64,000 nucleotides of DNA from an uncultured Fusobacterium sp. (GCA_963530445.1 CAUSCM010000002.1:16229-80228); one strand, 5' to 3'. Positions 47,940 to 58,003 are shown, counted from the stretch's first letter. Numbers and translations: made by a program. The notes: generated from the sequence alone by a model not told the origin.

Positions 47940-48977
47940 TTATTTTTTCTTTGCATATTTAATTGAGTCAAATGCAACTGCTGTAACAATTATTATACCT
48001 TTAATAATGTATTGCCAATATGGGCTAACTCCTATATAAGTAAGACCATAGTTGATGATTGTTAAAATAATAACTCCTGTGATAACTCCAGAAATTTTTC
48101 CAACACCACCATAGAATGAAACTCCTCCAATTACACAAGCAGCAATGGCATCCATTTCATACATGAAACCTAAGTTATTAGTTGCAGATCCAATACGTCC
48201 TGCTTCCAAAAATCCTCCGAAAGCATAGTATGCTCCTGATAGTGCATAAATTCCGATAAGAGTTAAAACAACATTTACTCCTGATACTTTAGCTGCTTCA
48301 GGGTTTCCTCCAACAGCAAACACATTTTTACCAAATTTTGTTTTATTCCATAATATCCACATAATAAATGTAGCAATAGCTGCATAAATTATTAAATAAG
48401 GTATTGTGTAGCTTCCAATTTTAATATAACCTTGAGCAAAATCACTGTAACTTTTTACAAATCCAGAAATTGGAGCAGCCCCTGCTTTATCGTAATAAAG
48501 TGAGTTAATTCCATAAACGATAGTCATTGTTCCCAAAGTTGCAATGAATGGGTGAACATTTAACGTTGCAACAACGATACCATTTATAGCTGCTATAACA
48601 GTTCCAACAATTACTACTATCAATATAGTTGTAAATATAGAAAATTCTCCTAAAGTTGGGAAAGCTTTATTTACATTTGTGATTGATTGTAAAAGTGTTC
48701 CAGATATAACGGCAGCAAGTCCCACTTGTCTACCAGCAGATAAGTCAGTTCCTTGTGTTACTATAAGACCAGCAACTCCAAGTGCAATTATAGTTCTAAC
48801 AGATGATTGAGTTAAAATATTTTTAAAGTTTCTAACACTTAAGAATGTAGGTTCTTTTACGATGATTGCTATTAACATACAAAACAATACAAGGTATAAA
48901 CCACTTTCTATAATTATTTTTTTATAATTTATATTTCCTTCATTAGTTCTTGGTAATTTTAGTGCCATATTATTCAT
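47940..48977 (-). CDS. mglC: Galactose/methyl-galactoside ABC transporter permease
   Basis: 345 aa polytopic protein in mglB-mglA-mglC order. Confidence 0.85.
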   Translation of the reverse strand: MNNMALKLPRTNEGNINYKKIIIESGLYLVLFCMLIAIIVKEPTFLSVRNFKNILTQSSVRTIIALGVAGLIVTQGTDLSAGRQVGLAAVISGTLLQSITNVNKAFPTLGEFSIFTTILIVVIVGTVIAAINGIVVATLNVHPFIATLGTMTIVYGINSLYYDKAGAAPISGFVKSYSDFAQGYIKIGSYTIPYLIIYAAIATFIMWILWNKTKFGKNVFAVGGNPEAAKVSGVNVVLTLIGIYALSGAYYAFGGFLEAGRIGSATNNLGFMYEMDAIAACVIGGVSFYGGVGKISGVITGVIILTIINYGLTYIGVSPYWQYIIKGIIIVTAVAFDSIKYAKKK

Positions 48978-48992
48978 TCTCCTTCTTATTTT

Positions 48993-50495
48993 TTATAGAT
49001 ACTTAGCAGATAGCTCCATTATTTCTTCTTGGTTCGTCTCAGCAGTTTTTACAATTCCTGCCACTCTACCGTTACTCATAACCAAAATTCTATCTGTTAC
49101 TCCTAGAAGCTCTGGCATTTCAGATGAAATCATAATTATTCCCTTATCTTTTTTAGCAAGATCTATCATTAATTGATAAATTTCATATTTTGCCAATACA
49201 TCTATACCTCTCGTAGGTTCATCAAGCATCAAAACTTCTGGTTCAGTTAAGAGCCATCTTCCGATAATAACTTTTTGTTGATTTCCTCCAGAAAGGCTAC
49301 CTATTTTTGTTGTATAAGATGGAGTTTTTACTCTCATACTATCAACTATCCATTTTGTATCTCTTTCAATATCTTTATTTTTTAAAAGTCTAAATCTATT
49401 TCTATATCTATCAAGATTTGAAATAACAGAGTTAAAAGAAATATCAAGCATTGAGAAAATTCCCGTACTTCTTCTTTCTTCTGTAACAAGTGCAAATCCA
49501 TTTTTTATAGCTTCATTTGGATCTCTATTTTTTACCACTTTTCCGTGTAATAAAATTTCACCAGACTCTTTAGGTCTTATTCCAAATATTGTTTCAACTA
49601 TTTCTGTTCTCTTTGAACCAACAAGACCAGCTATTCCTAAAATTTCTCCCTTGTATAATTCGAAACTAACATCTTGAATTGATGGTTGATTTAGAGCAGT
49701 TAAATTTTTAACTTCCAATATCATTTCTTTAACTTCATTATCTTTTTTAGGGAAACGTTCTGTCAAATCTCTTCCAACCATCATACTAATAATTTCATCA
49801 GTTGTAATTTTTGAGACATCACTAGTTGAAATCCATTTACCATCTCTTAATATCGTAATTTCATCGGAGATCATTTTTATTTCTTCCATTTTATGAGAAA
49901 TATAAACGATTGCTACACCGTCTTCTTTTAATTTTCTTATTATTTTAAATAAATGTCCTACTTCTTTTTCAGTAAGTGATGATGTAGGTTCATCCATAAC
50001 TATAACTTTTGATTTATACGACACAGCTTTAGCAATTTCAATCATTTGTCTTTCGGCAATAGCAAGGTCTGCTATTTTTGTTCTAGGATCAACATTTATA
50101 TCCAAATTTCTAAATATTTCTAATGTATCGTTATACATTTTTTTCTCATCTACAAAAAATCCCTTCATTGGATATCTTCCAAGCCAAATATTATCAAGTA
50201 CATTTCTTTGTAATACTTGGTTTAATTCTTGGTGAACCATAGATACTCCATTTTCAAGAGCTTCTTTTGTAGATTTAAAATTAACTTCATGACCATCTAA
50301 TAAAATTCTTCCAGTATTTTTTTCGTAAATACCAAAAAGACATTTCATTAAAGTAGATTTTCCCGCACCATTTTCTCCCATAAGAGCATGAACTGTTCCG
50401 GGTCTCAATTTCAATTGAACATTATCTAAAGCTTTTACTCCAGGAAATTCTTTAGAAATATTTTCCATCTCTAATACATATTTTAGGTTTTCCAT
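48993..50495 (-). CDS. mglA: Galactose/methyl-galactoside ABC transporter ATP-binding protein (tandem ATPase)
   Basis: 500 aa. Walker [10 protein letters not shown] and two signature motifs (the second is LSGGNQQK). Confidence 0.9.
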   Translation of the reverse strand: MENLKYVLEMENISKEFPGVKALDNVQLKLRPGTVHALMGENGAGKSTLMKCLFGIYEKNTGRILLDGHEVNFKSTKEALENGVSMVHQELNQVLQRNVLDNIWLGRYPMKGFFVDEKKMYNDTLEIFRNLDINVDPRTKIADLAIAERQMIEIAKAVSYKSKVIVMDEPTSSLTEKEVGHLFKIIRKLKEDGVAIVYISHKMEEIKMISDEITILRDGKWISTSDVSKITTDEIISMMVGRDLTERFPKKDNEVKEMILEVKNLTALNQPSIQDVSFELYKGEILGIAGLVGSKRTEIVETIFGIRPKESGEILLHGKVVKNRDPNEAIKNGFALVTEERRSTGIFSMLDISFNSVISNLDRYRNRFRLLKNKDIERDTKWIVDSMRVKTPSYTTKIGSLSGGNQQKVIIGRWLLTEPEVLMLDEPTRGIDVLAKYEIYQLMIDLAKKDKGIIMISSEMPELLGVTDRILVMSNGRVAGIVKTAETNQEEIMELSAKYL

Positions 50496-50532
50496 AAATA
50501 CCCCTATTCCTTAATTTTCCTTCATTATTTTT

Positions 50533-50564
50533 AAAAAAAAGGAGACTGCGTACAATCTCCTTTT
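50533..50564 (-). terminator. Intercistronic hairpin or partial terminator between mglB and mglA
   Basis: AAAAGGAGA / TCTCCTTTT 9-bp stem with a 10-nt loop. On the minus strand it is followed by additional Ts. Confidence 0.5.
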
Positions 50565-50595
50565 AAGACTACTATACTATATTACTATATAACTC

Positions 50596-51609
50596 TTATT
50601 TGAAGTCTGCAACATTAGATTTGTCAATTCCGATACTTGGAATTAAGATTATTTTGTTATCTAATTTAAGATCAGTTCCTTCAGTAGGCTCTTTTCCAGC
50701 TGCTAAGTTTGCAACCATATTGAATGTTGCTTTTGCTTGTCCTTTAGCATCGTTTAAAACAGTTCCAGCCATTTCTCCAGCTTCGATTTTAACTAATGCT
50801 TCTGGTAATGCATCAACACCAAATGTAGGTAAAACTTTTCCAGCTGCTTTCATTGATTCGATAGCTCCTAAAGCCATTCCGTCGTTGTTACAAATTACAA
50901 CTTCAATTTTTGAACCATTAGGTCCTGATAACCAAGCGTCCATTTTATCTTTAGCTTGTGCTGTATCCCACATAGCTGTATCTTGGTGTAATTCTTCAGT
51001 TTTAATTCCGTGGTCATTTAAAGTAGATATAGAATATTTAGTTCTTGCTTCAGCATCTGGATGTCCAGGTTCTCCTTTTAACATTACATATTGGATAACT
51101 CCGTCTCCGTTTAAATCAAGAGATGGATCAGCTTTCCAAACTTTTTCTATTAATTCACCTTGTGCTATACCTTGAGCATTAGGGTCAATTCCAACATAAT
51201 ATAATTTGTCATAAGAAGCTATAGCTTCATCAGATGGTTTTCTGTTGTAGAATACAACTGGTACATTTTTTTCTTTTAATAAGTTTATAATTCCATCAGC
51301 AGCAGAAGCATCAACTAAGTTTATTGCAAATGCTTTAACTCCTTTTTCAAGAACTGCTTCTATTTGTTCTTTTTCAGTAGCAACACTGTTTTGTGAGTCA
51401 ATAGAAGTTACTTCTATCGTATCAGCTTTGTTAGCAGCTTCAGCTTCAAATGCTTTTCTGAATAAAGCGATGAAGTTGTCATCAAATTTATAAGCTGTTA
51501 ATCCTATTGCTAATTTTTCTCCAGCTGGAGCAGCTTCTTTTTTTTCTCCACATCCTACAAGTGCTGCAGCAAGTAGAACAGATCCTAGTAAAACACCCAT
51601 TTTTTTCAT
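50596..51609 (-). CDS. mglB: Galactose/glucose-binding periplasmic lipoprotein
   Basis: 337 aa with lipobox LVGC-G. Type-I periplasmic binding fold matching MglB. Confidence 0.88.
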   Translation of the reverse strand: MKKMGVLLGSVLLAAALVGCGEKKEAAPAGEKLAIGLTAYKFDDNFIALFRKAFEAEAANKADTIEVTSIDSQNSVATEKEQIEAVLEKGVKAFAINLVDASAADGIINLLKEKNVPVVFYNRKPSDEAIASYDKLYYVGIDPNAQGIAQGELIEKVWKADPSLDLNGDGVIQYVMLKGEPGHPDAEARTKYSISTLNDHGIKTEELHQDTAMWDTAQAKDKMDAWLSGPNGSKIEVVICNNDGMALGAIESMKAAGKVLPTFGVDALPEALVKIEAGEMAGTVLNDAKGQAKATFNMVANLAAGKEPTEGTDLKLDNKIILIPSIGIDKSNVADFK

Positions 51610-51682
51610 GATAAATATCCTCCTAAAATATTAAAATAATTGTAAATAATTTGATTTTTTCAATATATTTTACATATAACAC

Positions 51683-51711
51683 ACTATATAATTTTAAAAA
51701 CTGTGTGTCAA
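51683..51711 (-). promoter_or_regulatory. Sigma-70-like mglB promoter
   Basis: On the minus strand: TTGACA (51711-51706), 17-nt spacer, TATAGT (51688-51683). Confidence 0.55.
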
Positions 51712-51799
51712 CAATTTTCTTTTAAAATTATATGTTTATTTTATATAAAAAACAAAATGCACTTTTATCGAAAGAAAAAACTTATTAAATTTAAAAATT

Positions 51800-52747
51800 T
51801 TAAATAAATAAAGCAACTGCTCCTTTTATTCCAGCTTCATTACCAAGCGTTCCAGTTTTTATTTCTAAATTTTGAAGAGCAGGAGGCATAGTATATTTTT
51901 TTAATTTTTCTTTTATTGGAATTAAGATTTCGTCTCCCGCAAGAGATATTCCTCCACTTATAACAACACACTCAGGATTAATTATATTTAGAAGATTACC
52001 TATACCTAAAGCTAAATAATCACTTTCGTATTCAATTAAATCTTTTGAAAATTCATCACCAATTCTTGCACAATCAAAAATATTTTTTGCTTCAAGCTCA
52101 TCTAAATTTCCATTCAATTGTTTATAAAGTAAATTATCTTGATTTCTCTTAAGCCTCTCTTTAGCTTCCTTAACAAGTGAATTAGCAGAGGCATAAGCTT
52201 CAAAGCAACCATTCTGTCCACAGCCACATACCTTTCCATCTTTTACCACTTTCATGTGACCTATTTCTCCACCAACTCCAGACATTCCAGATATAAGATT
52301 TCCATTAAAGTAAATTCCTCCACCTATTCCAGTTCCAATTGCAACTGTGATAGAAGATTTCTTTCCTTTTGCCGCTCCGAAAATAGCTTCCCCTTGAGCA
52401 ATAACATTAACATCGTTATCGACTTTTGTTTCAATTCCCGTTAATTTTTCCATTTTTTCTTTTAGATTAAGATTTTCTTCCCAATCAAAATTTGAGAAAA
52501 ATGTAATAATAGATTGATCTTTTACAGGCCCTGGTATGCCTATACCAATTCCTACAACTGAAAATAAAGGAATATCTTTCTCTCTAACCAAAACTTTTGC
52601 AGCTTCCCAAATTCTTGATAGGGTATTGTCGACATTCTCATGTGAGTTAGTTTTGATGATAACACTATTAATCAAATTTCCTTCATCGTCCACTACTCCA
52701 ATTTTTGTATTTGTTCCACCTAAATCAATTCCAATGTAATGTTTCAT
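51800..52747 (-). CDS. glk: ROK-family glucokinase
   Basis: 315 aa. DLGGTN N-terminus, ROK Cys motif (CGCGQNGCFE), no N-terminal HTH. Confidence 0.88.
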   Translation of the reverse strand: MKHYIGIDLGGTNTKIGVVDDEGNLINSVIIKTNSHENVDNTLSRIWEAAKVLVREKDIPLFSVVGIGIGIPGPVKDQSIITFFSNFDWEENLNLKEKMEKLTGIETKVDNDVNVIAQGEAIFGAAKGKKSSITVAIGTGIGGGIYFNGNLISGMSGVGGEIGHMKVVKDGKVCGCGQNGCFEAYASANSLVKEAKERLKRNQDNLLYKQLNGNLDELEAKNIFDCARIGDEFSKDLIEYESDYLALGIGNLLNIINPECVVISGGISLAGDEILIPIKEKLKKYTMPPALQNLEIKTGTLGNEAGIKGAVALFI

Positions 52748-52918
52748 ATTTTATCCTCCCACCATTTAGTGAATTTATTTTCTTGATGCAAGTAAATTTT
52801 TTGACCTATAATAGGTGTCCATAATTTTATGTCTGTTTCTTTAGTCAAATTATCAAGTCTTTTTAAAGGATCGTACCAAGTGTGATTTGATAATTTAAAT
52901 TTACTATATCCTGCTTTT

Positions 52919-53845
52919 TTACTTTGCTTTTTTAGCTTTCAATATTTCTTTTAATATAAAAGTAGCAGCTATAACTCCATCATTTGTTGCAGTGGCAACC
53001 TGTCTAACTTCTTTTTCTCTTATATCTCCAATTGCATACATTTTATCAGTTCTTGTTTTCATTTTTTCATCTGTAACGATATATCCTGTTGGACTTAGGC
53101 TGACAAATTCTCCATAAAGCTCAACATTATTTTTTGTACCAAGATACAAGAATACGAAATCTGTAGGAGCAACTTGTTTTTCTCCATTTATTTCTATATG
53201 TATTTCAGTTACAAAATCTTCCCCAGTAATTTCTAAAAGCTTTGCATTTTTAGTAATCTTAACATTTTCTTTTGATAAGATTGCCTCTTTCAATTCATCA
53301 TTACATTCCAAATCATCAGAAGTTAAAAATATATTTACATCTTTTGCATATCTTGTTAAAAATAAAGCTTCTTCAATAATTTCTTCTCCCTTACCAACAA
53401 GAGACACTGTTCTTTCTTTTGTGAAAGCTCCATCACAGGTTGCACAATAAGAAACACCTGCTCCTAAAAATTTTGTTTCTCCTTTGACTTTTTTTGCTCC
53501 AATTTTTCCAAGACCAGTTGCTATAATTATATATCTTGTTTTAAAATTTCCTGCATCTGTTTTTACAACTTTAATCTCATCATAAGGGTCAAAACCTAAA
53601 ACAGTTGCTGGCTTTATTTCACAGCCAAATTCGATAGCTTGTTTTTTCATTGAATCGTAAATTTCTTGTCCTGTTGTTCCAGTTGGGAAACCTGGATAAT
53701 TATCTATTTGATGAGTCATTATCATACTACCTATTCCAACCTTTTCAAGAATAAGAGTTGATAAATTACCCCTTCCTGCATAAATTCCTGCTGATAATCC
53801 TGCTGGACCTGCTCCAACAATTACTACATCATATATCTTTTCCAT
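52919..53845 (-). CDS. trxB: Thioredoxin-disulfide reductase
   Basis: 308 aa. FAD motif GAGPAG and redox CATC (SYCATCDG). Confidence 0.93.
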   Translation of the reverse strand: MEKIYDVVIVGAGPAGLSAGIYAGRGNLSTLILEKVGIGSMIMTHQIDNYPGFPTGTTGQEIYDSMKKQAIEFGCEIKPATVLGFDPYDEIKVVKTDAGNFKTRYIIIATGLGKIGAKKVKGETKFLGAGVSYCATCDGAFTKERTVSLVGKGEEIIEEALFLTRYAKDVNIFLTSDDLECNDELKEAILSKENVKITKNAKLLEITGEDFVTEIHIEINGEKQVAPTDFVFLYLGTKNNVELYGEFVSLSPTGYIVTDEKMKTRTDKMYAIGDIREKEVRQVATATNDGVIAATFILKEILKAKKAK

Positions 53846-53861
53846 TGCATCCTCCTTAATT

Positions 53862-54485
53862 CTAAATTATTCCTATACGTTTTAAAAAGTTTCTTTCATC
53901 ACCGATTGTTGTTGCCTCTGTGTGACCGCTATATACAACTGTTTCATCAGGTAATTTTGATAATTTTCCCAAACTATTATAAAGCATATTCAAATCTCCA
54001 GTCGGCAAGTCATATCTTCCATAACTTCTTCTGAACATAGTGTCTCCTGAGATTAAAATATTATTTTTTTCATCATAAAAACATTTAGAACCGATTGTAT
54101 GTCCGGGAGTGTCAATAACTTTAAAATCTCCAACTACATCTCCCTCTTTAACAGTAATAAGTTCTCCATTATATCTAAACAATTCTCCAAAAATTCTATC
54201 TGATAAACTAAGTTCGGAATTATATAAAAAATCCTTTTCTTCTTCTCCAACGTAGACCTTGGCTTCTGGATAATGTTCAGTTAATTTATTTAAGCCCTCA
54301 ATATGATCTCCATGACCATGAGTTAAAATTATATATTTTAATTTTAATTTTTTTTCTTCTATAAATGAGTATAAATTTTCTAAATTTTTTCCACCACAAT
54401 CAAAAAAATATGCAACATTATTTTCATCATAAGCTAGATAACAATTCGTATACATTGCACCTAGATGAAAAATTTTTATTTCCAT
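53862..54485 (-). CDS. MBL-fold metallo-hydrolase (glyoxalase II-like)
   Basis: THGHGDH motif. ATG at 54485 (MEIKIFHLG) is preceded by AAGGAGAA. The ORF is open to 54551. Confidence 0.8.
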   Translation of the reverse strand: MEIKIFHLGAMYTNCYLAYDENNVAYFFDCGGKNLENLYSFIEEKKLKLKYIILTHGHGDHIEGLNKLTEHYPEAKVYVGEEEKDFLYNSELSLSDRIFGELFRYNGELITVKEGDVVGDFKVIDTPGHTIGSKCFYDEKNNILISGDTMFRRSYGRYDLPTGDLNMLYNSLGKLSKLPDETVVYSGHTEATTIGDERNFLKRIGII

Positions 54486-54553
54486 TTTAATTCTCCTTTC
54501 AATTATATTTTTATTAATTTTATTATAACAAATTAGATAAATTTCGTCCACAA

Positions 54554-54590
54554 TAAAAAAATCACGACGTCGGAAAAACCGACACCGTGA
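54554..54590 (-). terminator. Intrinsic terminator after trkH (hairpin family copy 7)
   Basis: Arms 54562-54573 / 54579-54590. The minus-strand RNA stem is perfect with two G.U pairs, then U8. The plus-strand version has two A.C mismatches. Confidence 0.75.
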
Positions 54591-54611
54591 TTTTAGAAGA
54601 AAACGAAAAAT

Positions 54612-56063
54612 TTATCCACGTTTTTTATATAATCTTGGTGAAAATAATATTAATAATGGTATAATTTCTAAACGTCCTAATAACATTCCTATCGATAAAA
54701 TAAATTTTATAGGCATAGAATAAAACGAAAAATTTGAACTAGGTCCCACATCTCCAAACCCCGGACCTACATTATTAAATGTTGCAGAAACCGTTGAGAA
54801 AGCTGTTAAAAAATCATCGGTTTCTAAAGATACTATCAAAAGTAAAACAAAAAATACAGCACAGTATAATACAAAATAACTATCAACACCTTCTACCATT
54901 TCTTTATCTAAAATCTTTCCTTCAAATTTCATATTTACAACTTTATTAGGATGTCCGATCTTTTTAAATTCTCTTATAATTTTCTTGAAAAGTATTACGA
55001 CTCTTGAAACTTTAAATCCTCCAGCTGTCGAACCAGCACAACCACCAGAAAACATCAAGAATAAAATTATAACTTTTGAAAACGTTGGCCAATTATTATA
55101 ATCTGTGTTCGAATATCCTGTTGTTGTAATAACAGAGCTAACAGTGAAAAGAACATCTCTTATCATCCTTGAAATTGAAGAATATAGAGGATAAATATTG
55201 ATACAAATTAGTATTGTTGCTCCAAAAATAATTCCAAGATAATATTTTGCCTCTTCACTTTTAAAAATTTGTTTTATATTTCCAAGCAGTAATAAATAAA
55301 ACAAGTTAAAGTTCAATCCAAAAATTATCATACCTATGGAAGTTACATAATCGATATAAGCAGAATTATAAAAAGCTATACTTATATTTTTTGAACTAAA
55401 TCCTCCAGTTCCTGCCGTTCCGAAAGCATGTATGCATGCATCCAAAAAAGGCATCCCTCCAAGCAATAATAAAATTATCATTATAATTATCATTACTATA
55501 TATATTATATATAATATTCTTGAATTATAACTCATCTTAGCTACTATTTTCCCAACAACTGGTCCCGGAACTTCTGCTCTCATTATATGTAGAGCTTGAT
55601 TATTACCTTTTGGTAAAATAGCTAAAACCAAAACTAATACTCCCATTCCACCAACAACATGAGTGAAACTTCTCCAAAATAAAATGGAATTACTTAGATT
55701 TTCTACCTGAGGTAATATACTTGCTCCCGTTGTTGTCAGTCCACTCACACTTTCAAAGAAAGCATCAATGACATTTGGAATTTCTCCACTTATTACAAAA
55801 GGAAAAGCTCCGAAGATTGACATTAGAAACCAAGATAAAACTACAATAACCAATCCCTCTTTTGAAAAAAAAGATTGATCCTCAGGTGTTTCATTTGGTA
55901 AAAAATAACTAAAAGCACACAAAATAACTACAGGTATTATATATGCCATTGATAATCTCAAACCTTCTCGATAATAAATACTTACCGCCAAAGGAAAGAG
56001 AAACATAAACATCAAAATTCTGAATAAATTTGATATTACATAAGATATAATTTTTGTATTCAT
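54612..56063 (-). CDS. trkH: TrkH/KtrB-family potassium uptake membrane protein
   Basis: 483 aa with repeated M1-P-M2 units and (T/S)GGF-like selectivity segments (TTGAS, GTGGFS, TTGYS, STAGGFK). Confidence 0.88.
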   Translation of the reverse strand: MNTKIISYVISNLFRILMFMFLFPLAVSIYYREGLRLSMAYIIPVVILCAFSYFLPNETPEDQSFFSKEGLVIVVLSWFLMSIFGAFPFVISGEIPNVIDAFFESVSGLTTTGASILPQVENLSNSILFWRSFTHVVGGMGVLVLVLAILPKGNNQALHIMRAEVPGPVVGKIVAKMSYNSRILYIIYIVMIIIMIILLLLGGMPFLDACIHAFGTAGTGGFSSKNISIAFYNSAYIDYVTSIGMIIFGLNFNLFYLLLLGNIKQIFKSEEAKYYLGIIFGATILICINIYPLYSSISRMIRDVLFTVSSVITTTGYSNTDYNNWPTFSKVIILFLMFSGGCAGSTAGGFKVSRVVILFKKIIREFKKIGHPNKVVNMKFEGKILDKEMVEGVDSYFVLYCAVFFVLLLIVSLETDDFLTAFSTVSATFNNVGPGFGDVGPSSNFSFYSMPIKFILSIGMLLGRLEIIPLLILFSPRLYKKRG

Positions 56064-56066
56064 TTT

Positions 56067-57149
56067 TTAATCCTTAATTTTATAATTTTTTTCAATCAAC
56101 TCATCCACCAATTCTATAATTGTTGTTTCATCAATCAAATTAAATTGTTCTTCGTTAGACATTTTATCAAAATCTTCTCTTGAAATATTTTTAATTTTAA
56201 TCATATCATCTGGAGCCAGTCCCATATTTTTTTCATTTGGAAAAGGTAACCATTCTTTTTTGTCAGCACTCGGATTAAAGACAGCAAAACAAGGTATACC
56301 AACCCCTTGAGCTAAATGTCTTGCTCCTCCCTCATTTCCAATATAAAAATCACAATTTTCTAAAAAAGGAACTAAATCTTTAATCGTAGGTGTTTCTATA
56401 GATGAAAATATATTTTTATTCTCTCCTATATCTTTATGAATATTTTGTATAGCTTCTTTTTGATCTGGTGAAAAGAAAAATATTATTTGAGAATTATACT
56501 TATCAATTAAATGCTTTACAACTTTTTTCATCTTCTCAATAGGATAAATTTTATGCTGTACTCTTGAATAAATTGAAAAAGCTATAACAGGCTTTAAAAA
56601 ATCCACTCCTGCTTCCAACATTTTTTGTTTATATTTTTCTTTTTCAGCAGCTTGAGCTTTAAATTTAAAGTCATAGTCTTTTACAACTTTAAATCCTACT
56701 TCTTCAAATGGAGGCAACAGTTGATTTAAAAATTTATCCACTTTATTTAAAGAATCTTTTTCTTCCATTTTATAATTATAGAAAAATCCTCTCTTCTTTT
56801 TATATCTTCCTATCCTAAAAGTAGAACTCATAGAAAATGCACAAAACAGTTCACTTTTTGGTGTAGACATAATATCTATTATAATGTCATACTTTTTTCT
56901 TGTAACAGAATAAACTTTCTTTATATATTTAAAAGGATTTTTTTGTTCAGACTTAGTGAGCGTAACCACATTATCTATATAAGGGTGATTTTCAAAAAGT
57001 GGAGCTACATCTTCATACAATACAAAATCTACCTTTGCATTTGGAAAAGTTAATTTTAAAGAATGGCACAAAGGTAAACTTAAAATAGCATCTCCAATCC
57101 TTTTAAATCTAATAACTAAAATATTTATATTGTCATTTTGACTAAACAT
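56067..57149 (-). CDS. Glycosyltransferase family 9 (LPS heptosyltransferase-like)
   Basis: 360 aa. IRFKRIGDAIL N-terminus and C-terminal GNEGGARHLA. Confidence 0.8.
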   Translation of the reverse strand: MFSQNDNINILVIRFKRIGDAILSLPLCHSLKLTFPNAKVDFVLYEDVAPLFENHPYIDNVVTLTKSEQKNPFKYIKKVYSVTRKKYDIIIDIMSTPKSELFCAFSMSSTFRIGRYKKKRGFFYNYKMEEKDSLNKVDKFLNQLLPPFEEVGFKVVKDYDFKFKAQAAEKEKYKQKMLEAGVDFLKPVIAFSIYSRVQHKIYPIEKMKKVVKHLIDKYNSQIIFFFSPDQKEAIQNIHKDIGENKNIFSSIETPTIKDLVPFLENCDFYIGNEGGARHLAQGVGIPCFAVFNPSADKKEWLPFPNEKNMGLAPDDMIKIKNISREDFDKMSNEEQFNLIDETTIIELVDELIEKNYKIKD

Positions 57150-57154
57150 AAATA

Positions 57155-57928
57155 TTACTCTCCTTTTTCTTCATTCTCATCAACCACAACTTCTACAAAT
57201 TCTTCAATTTCTGTTTCCTCAATACCATTTCCTAAAAATCTTTTGTTAAAATATGATATTAAATTTAAAATTACATAAGTAAATGAAACTATGAAAATAC
57301 TATAATTAAGTGTTGCAATAACAACAACAATTAAAATTGGAGCAAGTTTTTTGGGAATAAAAGCAAAAGTCTTATCTGGTGTCTTAAATGGAATAGTACT
57401 CACCATTAAGCTTGCAGCAATTACAGTGATTGCTATAAAAATATTTATATCAAAAAGATTTACATCAAGTCTAGTCCTAATCGAATTACAAATCATAATA
57501 TACGATACAACCATAGCTGCTGCATTTGGAATAGGCATTCCACTAAAATCTCCTTTTTCACTTGAAGCTACATTTATTATATTAAATTTAACAAGTCTCA
57601 TTACTCCACAAAGAGCATAGAGAAAAGAAACTGGTAATACAAATGGGCTTGTTGGAACTTTTTCAATCAAAATAGAATAAACTAACATTGAGGGTGCAAG
57701 TCCAAAGGAAACAGCATCACAAAATGAGTCAAATTCTTTTCCAAACTCACTAAAAGCATCTAACTTTCTTGCAGTTTTACCATCTAATCCGTCACAGACC
57801 ATAGCAAGAATTATGAACCATATTGCCATATAAAAATGCCCTTTTATTGATTCTGTTATACTCAAATAACCTAGGAACATATTTCCAGCTGTAATCAAAT
57901 TTGGAGCTATATATTTCTTTTTAACCAT
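57155..57928 (-). CDS. pssA: CDP-diacylglycerol--serine O-phosphatidyltransferase
   Basis: CDP-alcohol transferase motif DGLDGKTAR...G...D...D. Polytopic protein with an acidic C-terminal tail. Confidence 0.85.
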   Translation of the reverse strand: MVKKKYIAPNLITAGNMFLGYLSITESIKGHFYMAIWFIILAMVCDGLDGKTARKLDAFSEFGKEFDSFCDAVSFGLAPSMLVYSILIEKVPTSPFVLPVSFLYALCGVMRLVKFNIINVASSEKGDFSGMPIPNAAAMVVSYIMICNSIRTRLDVNLFDINIFIAITVIAASLMVSTIPFKTPDKTFAFIPKKLAPILIVVVIATLNYSIFIVSFTYVILNLISYFNKRFLGNGIEETEIEEFVEVVVDENEEKGE

Positions 57929-58003
57929 TTTCTATACCTCACTTTTTATAAAATAATCGTATGTATTATAACATTTTTTCAATTCTTCTTTCAAGTTAAT
58001 ATA

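Noticed and set aside
50600-51175. 191-aa ORF on the + strand, plus similar long antisense ORFs at 8964-9458, 16293-16640, 17137-17541, 45108-45473, 46125-46460, 1565-1906 and 5160-5477
   Set aside because: All are embedded antisense to CDSs with clear family signatures (mglB, RND pump, cstA, DAACS transporter, bioG, ABC permease). Their translations are low-complexity (S/P/I/F-rich), they lack RBSs, and they occur where the sense gene is relatively less AT-rich, so stops are rare by chance.
52915-52945. Programmed frameshift extending TrxB into the downstream ATG-less frame
   Set aside because: The required shift is +1, not the -1 favoured by the A-rich slippery run. TrxB is already full-length with a normal C-terminus.
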